Source: a virus. Taken from it: DNA of 64,000 bases. Numbering within the stretch: the stretch's first letter is position 1; every line of letters begins with the position of its first letter. The stretch spans positions 21,145 through 85,144 of the IMG/VR virus record IMGVR_UViG_3300045740_000123, one strand, 5' to 3'. Under the pieces are notes generated by a model. That model saw only the letters and a program-made list of their open reading frames with translations. It was not told where the DNA came from and ran no database searches. The position numbers and the translations under genes were made by a program. Positions 26,737 through 36,453 of this stretch are shown in pieces.

Positions 26737-28540
26737 CAAGTGGTATGTCTTTGACATTGAGACGGATGGACTTTATGACAAAGCTTCCAAAGTTCACTGC
26801 ATTGTCCTCTATGAGGTCAACAGTAACAGCGTTTTGTCTTTTGGTCCTGACGGCATTGACAATGCTCTTGAGTATCTGCGTAACGCTGATGTTCTTATTG
26901 GGCATAACATCTGCTTTTACGACATCCCAGTCTTAAAGAAATTATTCCCAGACTTTGAAACTAAAGCACGCATCATCGACACTCTCATTTGTTCACGTTT
27001 GATCTGGCCCAAGGAGGTTCTCTATGAGCTTGACATCGAACAATATCCGGAAGTTCCAAAGGCAAACCGTGGATCCCCATCACTTAAGGCATGGGGATGG
27101 CGATTGGCCAGTCATAAAATCGACTTCAAGGACTTCACGGAATACTCCCAGGAGATGCTCGACTACTGCATCCAGGACGTGGCAGTTACCTTTAACCTAT
27201 GGCAACTCATTGCTTCTCAAAACTATGCAGACTCCGCCCTTCTCTTGGAGCATGACTTTGCTCTGGCGATTAACCGACAAATTAGATCAGGTGTTCCTTT
27301 CGATTTGGATGCTGCTCTTGATTTGGTGGATGGCCTCCGAGCAAAAGAAGCAGAACTTGAAGCACACCTAAAACAAATCTTCCCACCAATCAAACATGAA
27401 ACAACATTCATTCCAAAAGTAAATAATAAAAATCGTGGTTATGTCAAAGGAGAACCTTTCACTAAGGTCAGCTATGAAGAGTTCAATCCTGGATCTCGTC
27501 AGCAGATTGCTGATCGACTGCGCAAAAAGTACGGATGGACTCCAGAGAAAACAACTGAGAAAGGAAATCCAAGTATTGATGATGAAGTATTAGAACGGCT
27601 TCCGTATCCAGAAGCTAAGCCATTGGCAGAATATATGTTGATTAAGAAACGTCTTGGTCAAATTGCTGATGGTAACAATGCTTGGATCAAACTATTCAAC
27701 AACGACACTGGTCGTGTACACGGCGACCTTATTACTAACGGTTGCATTACTGGGCGCTGTGCACACCGCAATCCAAACATGGGTCAGGTCCCAGCAGGTT
27801 ACTCCCCTTATGGAAAAGAGTGCCGAAGTTTGTTCGTTCCTCCTGACGGGTGGGATCTCATTGGCATTGACGCTAAAGCACTTGAGCTACGTTGCCTTGC
27901 TGGATATCTCGCCTACTGGGATGATGGTGAATACGCAAAGCTGGTAACAGATGAATCAATTGATATCCATACCTACAACCAAAAACAATTTGGTGTAGAG
28001 ACCAGGGACATCAGCAAGCGTTTGCTCTATGGCATGCTCTATGGATGCGGCTCTGTAAAAGCTGGATCAATCATTGATCCCAATCTTAAAGATGAAGATG
28101 AACTGCGCATTCTTGGTCGTGATGCCATCGATGGTTTTATGCGTGGGGTGCCTGCACTAAAAGCACTCAAGATGGAAATCGATAAAACCATTGGCCTACG
28201 TGGTTATCTCATTGGTCTTGATCGTCGTCAGTTGTATTGTCGTTCTGCATTTAAAGGACTAAATGTATTACTGCAATCAGCGGGCGCTATCTTAATGAAG
28301 CAAGTTGTTATTAACATCCAGAACAACATCAAAACAAACCTTGGTTTGGAATACGATCACGACTGGCAACAACTGTTGATGGTGCATGATGAAGTGCAGC
28401 TAGCTTGCAAACCTGAATACACCGAAGCCATCCGGGAGCAGGCCATGCTTGCTTTCCCGCAAGCACAGGAATTCTTTGGATTCCGTTGCAGTATTGAGGG
28501 GGATTCCAGGGTAGGATCCGACTGGTCGCAGACCCACTGA
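26714..28540 (+). CDS. polA: family A DNA polymerase, T7-like (3-5 exonuclease plus polymerase; Tyr at the 762-equivalent position)
   Basis: FDIETDG exo I, GHNI..YD, TGR, DAKALELR motif A, KRLLYGMLYG motif B, VHDE motif C; start uncertain (26675 or 26714). Confidence 0.95.
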   Translation: MKPSSVNDKWYVFDIETDGLYDKASKVHCIVLYEVNSNSVLSFGPDGIDNALEYLRNADVLIGHNICFYDIPVLKKLFPDFETKARIIDTLICSRLIWPKEVLYELDIEQYPEVPKANRGSPSLKAWGWRLASHKIDFKDFTEYSQEMLDYCIQDVAVTFNLWQLIASQNYADSALLLEHDFALAINRQIRSGVPFDLDAALDLVDGLRAKEAELEAHLKQIFPPIKHETTFIPKVNNKNRGYVKGEPFTKVSYEEFNPGSRQQIADRLRKKYGWTPEKTTEKGNPSIDDEVLERLPYPEAKPLAEYMLIKKRLGQIADGNNAWIKLFNNDTGRVHGDLITNGCITGRCAHRNPNMGQVPAGYSPYGKECRSLFVPPDGWDLIGIDAKALELRCLAGYLAYWDDGEYAKLVTDESIDIHTYNQKQFGVETRDISKRLLYGMLYGCGSVKAGSIIDPNLKDEDELRILGRDAIDGFMRGVPALKALKMEIDKTIGLRGYLIGLDRRQLYCRSAFKGLNVLLQSAGAILMKQVVINIQNNIKTNLGLEYDHDWQQLLMVHDEVQLACKPEYTEAIREQAMLAFPQAQEFFGFRCSIEGDSRVGSDWSQTH

Positions 28541-28803
28541 TGGATTACCTTGACATCACCAAAGTAGAGCAGTGTCCGGCCTGTGAAGTCAGCTGGATTC
28601 ATTCCTATATTCCTCAAGAATCAATCGATAAAGGTTATTATTCACCTGATTCGAAATTCTTTAGCCGTGTTATTGGTGTGGAGTATTTGGGCACTGACCG
28701 TGTTAATCATTATCAGTGTCCTGATTGTGGTAAATGTTGGAATCGAAAAGGTGAGATGATTGAAGTTAAACATAAACCAGTTGATCTCTCGTCCTTGAGG
28801 TAA
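28540..28803 (+). CDS. small zinc-finger protein
   Basis: CPAC...SRVIGVE...CPDC. Confidence 0.7.
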   Translation: MDYLDITKVEQCPACEVSWIHSYIPQESIDKGYYSPDSKFFSRVIGVEYLGTDRVNHYQCPDCGKCWNRKGEMIEVKHKPVDLSSLR

Positions 28804-28840
28804 GACGTTAAACTGCCTCTCACACAAACTGTTTGAATCC

Positions 28841-29653
28841 ATGAACCAAGTCTTTGTTTGCGCTGAAACTACTGAACAGCCCCGCGAGGTTTACACCTCA
28901 GCAACCTCAACTGCAATTCGATGCAATGTAATGTTGCCTCCTGTTGGCAACAAAGCAGCAACACCAATCGAACTTAACGTCTACGGCAAAAACTCTGAGC
29001 GTTTTGCACGTACACCTAAGGGTTCTCAGATTTACATCCATGGTGCAAAGCTTCGTTTTGATCTAGAGACCAGGACTTATTCGTTGCATGGTGGCATCAT
29101 TGCTCCTGTTAACGAATCTTTCCCCATCTTTAATACAGTCATCCTCTCTGGACGCTGCGTTAAAGACATCAGTCAAGATGATTCGCGTGCCTTTAAGGCA
29201 ACGGCTGATGGCCTGATGATCTGCAATCAAACCCTCTCCGTTAACACCGGACGTAATCAAGCAGATCTCTTTAACTTCTACGCCATCAACTCAACAGATG
29301 ACAAGTTAAACAATGCAGAACTGCTTGTTAACTTCACCCGTAAGGGCACTGGTCTGACGATCCAAGGTCGTCTGGTTACAGATTCCTGGACGGATAAAGA
29401 AACCAAGGAACGTCGTATTGCAACCAAGATTCAATTGGTTTCGATGACGCTTGCTCCCAAGGTGGGAGATGGTGCTGCCAAAACGGTAACCAATCAGACA
29501 ACCGTGACCTCTGATGACAAAGTAACCTCCCTCTGGGGTGGTCGCCGTGCAGAAGAAGCTGGTGACCCATGGACCCAGGCATCTGGTGGTGGTCTGCCTG
29601 ATCTGCCAGGTCACTACGGTGCAGCACCAGATATGGAAGAGGTTCCATTCTGA
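28841..29653 (+). CDS. ssb: single-stranded DNA-binding protein with two OB folds
   Basis: NTVILSGR, KGTGLTIQGRLVTDSWTDKET; tail EEVPF. Confidence 0.8.
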   Translation: MNQVFVCAETTEQPREVYTSATSTAIRCNVMLPPVGNKAATPIELNVYGKNSERFARTPKGSQIYIHGAKLRFDLETRTYSLHGGIIAPVNESFPIFNTVILSGRCVKDISQDDSRAFKATADGLMICNQTLSVNTGRNQADLFNFYAINSTDDKLNNAELLVNFTRKGTGLTIQGRLVTDSWTDKETKERRIATKIQLVSMTLAPKVGDGAAKTVTNQTTVTSDDKVTSLWGGRRAEEAGDPWTQASGGGLPDLPGHYGAAPDMEEVPF

Positions 29654-29895
29654 TGACAACTCCAACTCACGATCAATTCACTCTGCTCTACGAAGATGAA
29701 GACACCAAGGTTCTTCATGAATTCAAAGGGGTCGTCGCTGACGATGTGATTCAACACATGATTGATTTCCTCAAAGGGTGTGGGTACATGGAAGGCAGCA
29801 TCTTTGAAACCATGAAGGAGCTGTCTGAGATGTACTTCGATTCATTAAGTACTCAGCAGTACGTGATGAAATGGGACAAGACTGAGGCAGAATGA
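29653..29895 (+). CDS. hypothetical protein
   Basis: 80-aa ORF, DFLKGCGY. Confidence 0.7.
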   Translation: MTTPTHDQFTLLYEDEDTKVLHEFKGVVADDVIQHMIDFLKGCGYMEGSIFETMKELSEMYFDSLSTQQYVMKWDKTEAE

Positions 29896-29948
29896 GGCCA
29901 CGTCCTGGGATGACGTTAAACTCATCCACCTCTGACTACGAAACAACC

Positions 29949-30965
29949 ATGACTTCTTCCATGACCACCAAGAAAACTGCTGCGCTTGCAACCCGTGGAC
30001 TCGACTCCTTCCGGATGTTTCAGTCCAAAGAATTTGTATCTGGTTACCAGAACCTCGTCACCATTCAACCCCTAAACAAATCAAAAGTACGCGGATGGTT
30101 CATCCGTAAATCTGATCTTGATACCTGCGGTTGGACTGCAACTGAAGATCAGTTTGCTAAAGGTTCTGTCATTTGGGATTACAAGCAAACCTTTGGCATG
30201 GCTCCCAATACTTCCGTTGAAGAAGGCCTTAACTTCACTGAGCCACGCATTCAAATCCTGCTGCGTTCTCCTCTGATGGTTGAAGAAACCACAGGGATGC
30301 GTCAAACGATTGGTACCTTTGAACACCCAGAGGTCAAGGAATTATTTGATGCTGACAAGATTGCAGCCGACCTTGCCAACAGCAAGGGCGAGATGTACAA
30401 GCGTAAGTACAGCGTGCGCACTAAGTACCTCATCTACATCGTGACTGAGGACAACAAGCGTGCCCATAAGATCCCGATGGTCCTTACCCTCAAAGGTCTG
30501 AACGGCACTGATGTGTCCGATAAAGTCAAGATGTACGAGAAGGAAATGTCCAAGTGCCTGAGCAAGGCTCTGGATTCCGAAGTGCCCCTTGCCTTCAATG
30601 AAAAGTTCTACGCCACTACCGTATTTGCTCCGGTACTTGCCAATGAAATGCGTGGAGCCAACAACGTTGAGATCTGCGCAATTGAATCTTTTGACATCCC
30701 TGATTACAGCGACCAAGATGCCGCCATCGAATCGCTGAGCCGCATGTCGATTCCTGATGAAGATCGCGAATCAACCTGGAAGTTTCAGGAAATGTTTGGT
30801 GATTACATCAACCAGCATGCACGGCAGGATGCAGAGAAACTTGGCGGTGCTTATGGCATCAAGCAAGGCGTGGAGATCCTGCCCGTCTCCCGCACCACCG
30901 ATGCAGTCGATGTGAAAGCACTGCCTGCTCGTGATCCCCTCACCGGAGAGGACGATTCACTTTGA
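29949..30965 (+). CDS. cyanobacterial/cyanophage protein, DUF5895-like
   Basis: GLNFTEPRIQIL.RSPL and KYLIYIVTEDNK..HKIP; start after the pseudoknot motif; family name tentative. Confidence 0.6.
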   Translation: MTSSMTTKKTAALATRGLDSFRMFQSKEFVSGYQNLVTIQPLNKSKVRGWFIRKSDLDTCGWTATEDQFAKGSVIWDYKQTFGMAPNTSVEEGLNFTEPRIQILLRSPLMVEETTGMRQTIGTFEHPEVKELFDADKIAADLANSKGEMYKRKYSVRTKYLIYIVTEDNKRAHKIPMVLTLKGLNGTDVSDKVKMYEKEMSKCLSKALDSEVPLAFNEKFYATTVFAPVLANEMRGANNVEICAIESFDIPDYSDQDAAIESLSRMSIPDEDRESTWKFQEMFGDYINQHARQDAEKLGGAYGIKQGVEILPVSRTTDAVDVKALPARDPLTGEDDSL

Positions 30966-31217
30966 TGTAATGTCGGGGTTTCCCAAGTCGTTTTGTTCAA
31001 CAGCTACGTTGTTGAAGATAAACATATCTTGGACTAAACCCCGTATTACGCCTTGACGTTGAGTGGCAATCCTCGCCAAGAGGGTTGCCATTTCTCGTAA
31101 CGTACTAACCGAATCACATTCTTGAATGGAACGTTTGATTTTTTCTTCCCAAAACTTATCATCAAGACTCGGTTCTATTTGAAATCTAGTTAAAGGTACG
31201 TATTTAATTTCGTCCAT
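30957..31217 (-). CDS. NblA-like phycobilisome degradation protein
   Basis: SLDDKF..EKIKRSIQE..SVSTLREMATLL.R....RQGVIRGLV resembles the NblA two-helix pattern. Confidence 0.5.
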   Translation of the reverse strand: MDEIKYVPLTRFQIEPSLDDKFWEEKIKRSIQECDSVSTLREMATLLARIATQRQGVIRGLVQDMFIFNNVAVEQNDLGNPDITSK

Positions 31218-31298
31218 TTTGTATTAAATTGTTACGCTTATTCTAATGCCTCAGTAAAAACCATTTCCAAACTTTACAAAGTATCAAGATTTACAGTC

Positions 31299-31511
31299 AT
31301 GGACAACCCTGAAAAAGCTGCAGTTAAAGAAGGACTAACTACAGCTGTTATCGGCAGTGTTGCTGCCACACTCCTTGCTAATCCTGTTTGCTGGGCTGCT
31401 GTTATCTATGGAACGTATCGGATGGGTAAGGCAGCTTACCGGCGGGCCAAGATCAATGCTAAGATCAAGGCGAACAAAGCGCTGGAGGACACGTCCTTCT
31501 GGCACGTTTGA
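31299..31511 (+). CDS. small membrane protein
   Basis: hydrophobic middle, basic tail. Confidence 0.6.
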   Translation: MDNPEKAAVKEGLTTAVIGSVAATLLANPVCWAAVIYGTYRMGKAAYRRAKINAKIKANKALEDTSFWHV

Positions 31512-31541
31512 TTCCCACTCAACTCAATCCAACTCAAACCA

Positions 31542-32486
31542 ATGTCCGTCCAACATCAGACTGAACTCAACTCGGCGCAAGCTCTTATTTATTCTCGCTC
31601 CAACATCCGGCGGGCGTATCCGGAATTTGATGACACCTCAATCGCTGGCATTTATCTGCGAGGCGATCATTGTCTTGTGGTGCGTCATGATGGCACTGAG
31701 CAAATCTACGACCGGTCACTAATCAAGACCGCGTTTCAGTCTTACACAAACCGTCTCAAAGATTTCTTTTCTTACCTTGGTCCCAATTACCGTGGCCCTA
31801 GTGTATGGCATAACAATGCTTACATTCTTTTTAAGGGCTGGAACTACTCGCACGCACTCGGACACCTGACTTCCAATGCCAAGCTTCAGGCGCACTGGGC
31901 AGATAAATTCATACATGTATCAGACCCCGAAAAGATCAAAGTGCTCCTTCAGTCTGACCAAACGGACTTGGGCCATTTGGTGGCGCCTGACGGACTTCGG
32001 CTTCCGAATCGGCCACTTGATATGGACGGTGAATTGGATGATGTGCAAGAACAACAGTCCTCGTTTGGTGAACCTAGTTGTTCATGTGGGTCCTTTCAAC
32101 GCCAGCTTTCAAATCTATCTGCTTTCCAAGAAGAGATCCAAGGCTTTAAACCATGGTGCATCCACCTGACGTGGTTTAACAAATACAGGGAACTGCTGTG
32201 CAAGCGCACAGATGTACGGAATGCGAGTCCCAGCGGCACACCAGATAAGTGTGTTGCCTGGTGGTATGCACCGCCCGCTGATCACATCAGTGATGGACGC
32301 TTTGTTCTGCTCCATACCAAGTCCGGTGCTCAAGCTCCCCTCTCCCACTGGCGTACCTACAAACCACAAGAGGTGTTCACACAACACCATGCCTGGGATC
32401 TTTTCTTCAATATGATGGAGGCTGGTTACACACCATTCCCTGGTGTCTCATTGCCACAACTCAAAGCTGCTGTTAAAAAGCAATGA
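31542..32486 (+). CDS. SWIM zinc-finger protein
   Basis: CSCGSF...WCIH (CxC...CxH). Confidence 0.7.
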   Translation: MSVQHQTELNSAQALIYSRSNIRRAYPEFDDTSIAGIYLRGDHCLVVRHDGTEQIYDRSLIKTAFQSYTNRLKDFFSYLGPNYRGPSVWHNNAYILFKGWNYSHALGHLTSNAKLQAHWADKFIHVSDPEKIKVLLQSDQTDLGHLVAPDGLRLPNRPLDMDGELDDVQEQQSSFGEPSCSCGSFQRQLSNLSAFQEEIQGFKPWCIHLTWFNKYRELLCKRTDVRNASPSGTPDKCVAWWYAPPADHISDGRFVLLHTKSGAQAPLSHWRTYKPQEVFTQHHAWDLFFNMMEAGYTPFPGVSLPQLKAAVKKQ

Positions 32487-32713
32487 CGGACGAAGAGTTG
32501 TACGAGCATGCACTATCACTTGCTATGAAAGTATCCGAGCAACCCATGATGTTGTCCAACGGCAAATACTCTTTGCACCTTGAGGTTGATGAAGACACCT
32601 ACTGGGGTCTGATTAAACTTGGCGCAGAGATCAGGACTGATTGTGAAACCTATGCAGAAAACATCCTCATTGGGCATGTCGAATCCGGACTCGATCGACA
32701 AGCTACAGATTGA
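32483..32713 (+). CDS. hypothetical protein
   Basis: 76-aa ORF with ATGA overlap. Confidence 0.6.
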   Translation: MTDEELYEHALSLAMKVSEQPMMLSNGKYSLHLEVDEDTYWGLIKLGAEIRTDCETYAENILIGHVESGLDRQATD

Positions 32714-32864
32714 ATGCATTGATGAAGAGGATGGTTCCGCAACCATCCGTATTGATTGGGATGAAACAGATCCTGATCTCCAATGGTGGACCGACTTGGG
32801 TCCAGAAGGACAAGAAACGTTTATGATTGATGCGCTAACAAACGCACTCGATTCTTACTCTTAG
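32676..32864 (+). CDS. small acidic protein
   Basis: MSNPDSIDKLQIECIDEEDGSATIRIDWD. Confidence 0.6.
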   Translation: MSNPDSIDKLQIECIDEEDGSATIRIDWDETDPDLQWWTDLGPEGQETFMIDALTNALDSYS

Positions 32865-32867
32865 GTT

Positions 32868-33503
32868 ATGGCCTTCCAAAGCGTCTGGTATGAGACTGAA
32901 CTTCCTTCTGAAGTCATCAGGCTTGTTGAATCTGTACTCGAAGAAAAGTATGACGAAGATCTAATCAACTCTGTTGTTGGTGAAGGGGGCGGCGGTGTCA
33001 TTAATGAAAAGGTTCGCAAAGCAAAAAATGCTTGGCTTCCTGCCAGCCATTGGGTTGCAGGTTTTGTTATGCATTATGTCAACTTAGCTAACCTCCAAAA
33101 CTTCCGTTATGACATCATTGGTCTGGATGGTCAATCTGCTCAGTACACCGTCTATGACAAAGGTGAGTTCTACAACTGGCATGTAGATCAAGGCATCTCA
33201 TCTTTCTATAAACCTGAACATAACAATGGTCATGGTTTTAGTGAAGAAGTTATTAAGGATGACATCATCCCCAAAGGTGAGCTGGTCCGTAAACTTTCGT
33301 TCTCTCTTCAGTTATCTGATGAAGATGAGTACAAAGGTGGTGATCTACAAATCATGGATGAAGGTGAATCAATGTATGACGTTCCCAAAAAGAAGGGACT
33401 TCTGGTTTGCTTTGACTCCAGGGCTCGTCACCGCGTTACAAAAGTAACGTCTGGTCGCCGTAAATCCTTGGTAGGCTGGGTCGTTGGACCTCGTTGGCGT
33501 TGA
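32868..33503 (+). CDS. 2OG-Fe(II) oxygenase (PKHD-type hydroxylase-like)
   Basis: YNWHVD, RKLSFSLQLS, YKGGDL, HRVTKVTSGRRKSLVGW. Confidence 0.9.
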   Translation: MAFQSVWYETELPSEVIRLVESVLEEKYDEDLINSVVGEGGGGVINEKVRKAKNAWLPASHWVAGFVMHYVNLANLQNFRYDIIGLDGQSAQYTVYDKGEFYNWHVDQGISSFYKPEHNNGHGFSEEVIKDDIIPKGELVRKLSFSLQLSDEDEYKGGDLQIMDEGESMYDVPKKKGLLVCFDSRARHRVTKVTSGRRKSLVGWVVGPRWR

Positions 33504-33517
33504 CCTTTCTTCGAATC

Positions 33518-33913
33518 ATGGCATTTGATACCTACGGACTTAGTACTGAACAGTACGTAAAGTTCTTCAAAGACAACGTCAGGCTTTCTGCCAGGCTTTA
33601 TCTGGATACTTGCAACATCCTTTCTGCTGAAGGTGCTGGCAATGTTGATTTCAAAACAGTTCTTGATATGTATCAAGAAGCTGTCTATGCCGCTAACGAT
33701 GACTGTCGCAAGTACCAAAAGATCAACAACCCTGAAGCCATCAAGGACAATGACATCTTTGGCTTGACCCCTTCCAGGGAAGAGCTGATGGAGGAAATCA
33801 AGTCTGTTAACGCCAAGGTCGAAGCCTTGACTGACTACATTGCTGAGTTGGTCAAGGTCACAGCCAATGGTCTCAACGGCTTGGCCGAAACCTTTGATGA
33901 GGCACTGACTTGA
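33518..33913 (+). CDS. hypothetical protein
   Basis: MAFDTYGLS...; C-terminal coiled coil. Confidence 0.7.
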   Translation: MAFDTYGLSTEQYVKFFKDNVRLSARLYLDTCNILSAEGAGNVDFKTVLDMYQEAVYAANDDCRKYQKINNPEAIKDNDIFGLTPSREELMEEIKSVNAKVEALTDYIAELVKVTANGLNGLAETFDEALT

Positions 33914-34001
33914 CAGGCCTGGTAGACTGACGGTTCCCACCGGGAGTGGGCGTCCTGGTCATGACGTAAAACTGACCACACCTTCTAATCAAATTCAACT
34001 C

Positions 34002-34121
34002 ATGTTTGAAACTTTTCTTGGCGCTCTTATTCCTGTTGTTAAAGATTTACTTTGGGCAGCGGCAGGCATGCTGCTGACCTACGCAATCAACAAAATTCAA
34101 TCTCACTTCCAACACATCTGA
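34002..34121 (+). CDS. small membrane peptide (39 aa)
   Basis: MFETFLGALIPVVKDLLWAAAGMLLTYAINK...; preceded by the pseudoknot motif and ATTCAACTC leader. Confidence 0.6.
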   Translation: MFETFLGALIPVVKDLLWAAAGMLLTYAINKIQSHFQHI

Positions 34122-34124
34122 GTC

Positions 34125-34838
34125 ATGTCTCAAATCACCAAGACTAAGCTTGAGGACCTTAACGTCATCAAGCTGTACGAGCACTATGGTGCCCTGGAGC
34201 GCTCTCTTCCTCTCCTCACTCCTGAGTCCCAAGAACTGGCAAAAGCTGAGCTGGAAGCTTGTGCCGACCTGCGTTCAGAAAAGATTGATCGCATTTACTA
34301 CGCAATGGCAGCGCACGAAGATGCCTTGGAGCGTATTAAAAAAGAATCTGATCTAATCACACAGGCTAAGAGGCATCACGAATCACAACTACAGTCTCTT
34401 AAAAATCTATTAAGCTGGCTGAGGCGGGTGCTTCCGTTGGACACCAGCCGTATTCAAGGCAAAAATTATGAGTTTGTCCTCAGCAAGAAAAAGGAACTCA
34501 CGGTCGAGATCACGTCAGATCCAGAGTTTTGGCACTCTGACGAAAGAAAACTTTATTGCATTGAACAAGAAACAACCACAACCAAACGAGTCGTGGTACG
34601 TTCAATGTCGGGAACAGTCATCTCAGAAAGAACTGAACCCAAAACTAAACTCGAAGTACTCCCAAATCTCGATGCAATCCGTAATGCCTATCAAGAAGGA
34701 CGCCCCATCCCGCACGGTGTCAAAGTGGAACAGCAATATGCAGTCCGAAAAAACAGAATCTTCACCACTAAGCGGATGGCCGCACAAGCACCCGAATATA
34801 TCGGAGAACTTCTATCAGAACCTGACGGCGCCGAATGA
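34125..34838 (+). CDS. Siphovirus Gp157-like protein
   Basis: EKIDRI...coiled coil...LKNLL, PNLDAIRNAYQEG.PIPHGV. Confidence 0.7.
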   Translation: MSQITKTKLEDLNVIKLYEHYGALERSLPLLTPESQELAKAELEACADLRSEKIDRIYYAMAAHEDALERIKKESDLITQAKRHHESQLQSLKNLLSWLRRVLPLDTSRIQGKNYEFVLSKKKELTVEITSDPEFWHSDERKLYCIEQETTTTKRVVVRSMSGTVISERTEPKTKLEVLPNLDAIRNAYQEGRPIPHGVKVEQQYAVRKNRIFTTKRMAAQAPEYIGELLSEPDGAE

Positions 34839-35079
34839 TCTGGAAGATGCTCACATCCTTATGTCCTGCTACCAGCAGGCAGTAGACGACTTCCGTCTAC
34901 AAATTCAAATGGTTGAGATGGAACTCTCCATGCTTTGCCAAGGAGAAGAGCCACCTGCTTACCTGGAATCCAAGGTGGATGAGCTTGAATCTAAAAAACT
35001 CAAGCTCATGAGCGGTATGCGGTACAACCAGAATGCACGCAATGCTTATTGGTATGTCACCGCACGGGGCAATAAATAA
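34738..35079 (+). CDS. hypothetical coiled-coil protein
   Basis: C-terminal part of track ORF 34468..35079; start uncertain. Confidence 0.5.
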   Translation: MQSEKTESSPLSGWPHKHPNISENFYQNLTAPNDLEDAHILMSCYQQAVDDFRLQIQMVEMELSMLCQGEEPPAYLESKVDELESKKLKLMSGMRYNQNARNAYWYVTARGNK

Positions 35080-35114
35080 ACTGCAATACAATAAGTAGAT
35101 GCAAGAGGAGTCCC

Positions 35115-35372
35115 ATGGGCGGCGATCCAGTTCTGAACAAGTTAATTGCTGGGTTTACCAACGATGGGACTCCTTTAGCTGCAACCATTGGTTCAAAGAT
35201 TGAGAATGGTGTCGTCATCTTGACGGCAGCCATGCTTGCTAATGAAAACCTTGCAGCTTCCATGGATGCAGAAGAAATGGTAGATGCTGCAATCAATTAT
35301 TACAACATCATTCAAGAACGCATTGGTTACTACGAAAGTACCAAAGTTCAATCTTTAGAGCGTCTAATCTGA
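35115..35372 (+). CDS. hypothetical protein
   Basis: GAGGAG Shine-Dalgarno before the ATG. Confidence 0.75.
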   Translation: MGGDPVLNKLIAGFTNDGTPLAATIGSKIENGVVILTAAMLANENLAASMDAEEMVDAAINYYNIIQERIGYYESTKVQSLERLI

Positions 35373-35414
35373 TTAAAGTTTGCTGCTAAAGTATTTTGGT
35401 CTTCAATGGTTTAG

Positions 35415-35612
35415 ATGGAACCGGTAACTGTGCCTAAGTTGACTGTCTCGTTTGCAGTTGACGTTGATGTGGAGTACAACTCCTTTGGCGGCAAAACAGC
35501 AGATGAGATTGCAGAGGCCTTGCAAGATGGTCTTGATGACCTTTTGTTTGAACTCTCACCTAACGTCAAAGGTGTCTATACTTCTGTCACAGCGGTGAAT
35601 TTCAATGACTGA
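35415..35612 (+). CDS. hypothetical protein
   Basis: 65-aa ORF. Confidence 0.65.
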   Translation: MEPVTVPKLTVSFAVDVDVEYNSFGGKTADEIAEALQDGLDDLLFELSPNVKGVYTSVTAVNFND

Positions 35613-35904
35613 CGACCTTGCTAAAAAACTGAAAACTGCTGGTGCTTTTGATACGCCCTGGCTGAAAGAACAACTTCTCAACTGGGATGTTAAGGCTGAG
35701 CAGAAGAAAGCTGATTTCATGGAACACATGTATCAGTGTTCTGCACGTACCAATGGTCTTTACACTGGTCTGTGGCAAGACTTCTGCCTTAAAGAGGCAG
35801 GTCCCTACTGCCGAGATGAATTCTATAATCGCATTGAATTCATTGAAAAACTAAAGGCTGGAGAGTTTGATGATCAGGAAATGCAAATTCCTTTGACTGT
35901 TTAA
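35605..35904 (+). CDS. hypothetical cyanophage-type protein
   Basis: KADFMEHMYQC...GLYTGLWQDF. Confidence 0.7.
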   Translation: MTDDLAKKLKTAGAFDTPWLKEQLLNWDVKAEQKKADFMEHMYQCSARTNGLYTGLWQDFCLKEAGPYCRDEFYNRIEFIEKLKAGEFDDQEMQIPLTV

Positions 35905-36119
35905 ACAACATTCGTTTTTAGAATAGAAGGACGCGATCAAGCGTCTTTTTTATTTTTATATGGACTCCCGCAGCTCAATCGATTTACTGCGTCAACTTGA
36001 TATCAACTACATCATTTACGTCGCATTGTCACATGATGACAAATGTAAAGATCCCGTTTCCGCCGAATGGCTTCAGGGTTATCATCAAGCAGTAAATGAT
36101 GCCTCTGAATTCCTGCGCA

Positions 36120-36437
36120 ATGGCAAACCTTGAAGACGTTTACGCACAAGCTTCTGAACTGTTCCCCAGTAAAAGGTTGGCCCAGGAGACGGCAAATAAA
36201 ATCTTTAACGAGTCCAAGCAGTCGGCAAAGAACAGACTAGAAGAGTACCTGGGTGATACCATTTCTGAATTCGTTGATACCAATTGCCTGACTGGTGAGG
36301 AGTTCTACGAGGTTCTCGTGGACTGTGTTCGTAAGAACTGGGAGTACTACCAGCGCAATGCTGACTGCAATAAAAACCTTCTTAATCTATTGAAACCACA
36401 ATCTTCTGTTGAACTAGAAGAATACACAAAGAAATAA
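36120..36437 (+). CDS. hypothetical protein
   Basis: track ORF 36096..36437; followed by a terminator. Confidence 0.65.
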   Translation: MANLEDVYAQASELFPSKRLAQETANKIFNESKQSAKNRLEEYLGDTISEFVDTNCLTGEEFYEVLVDCVRKNWEYYQRNADCNKNLLNLLKPQSSVELEEYTKK

Positions 36438-36453
36438 ATTTTGTTTTGTGTTG

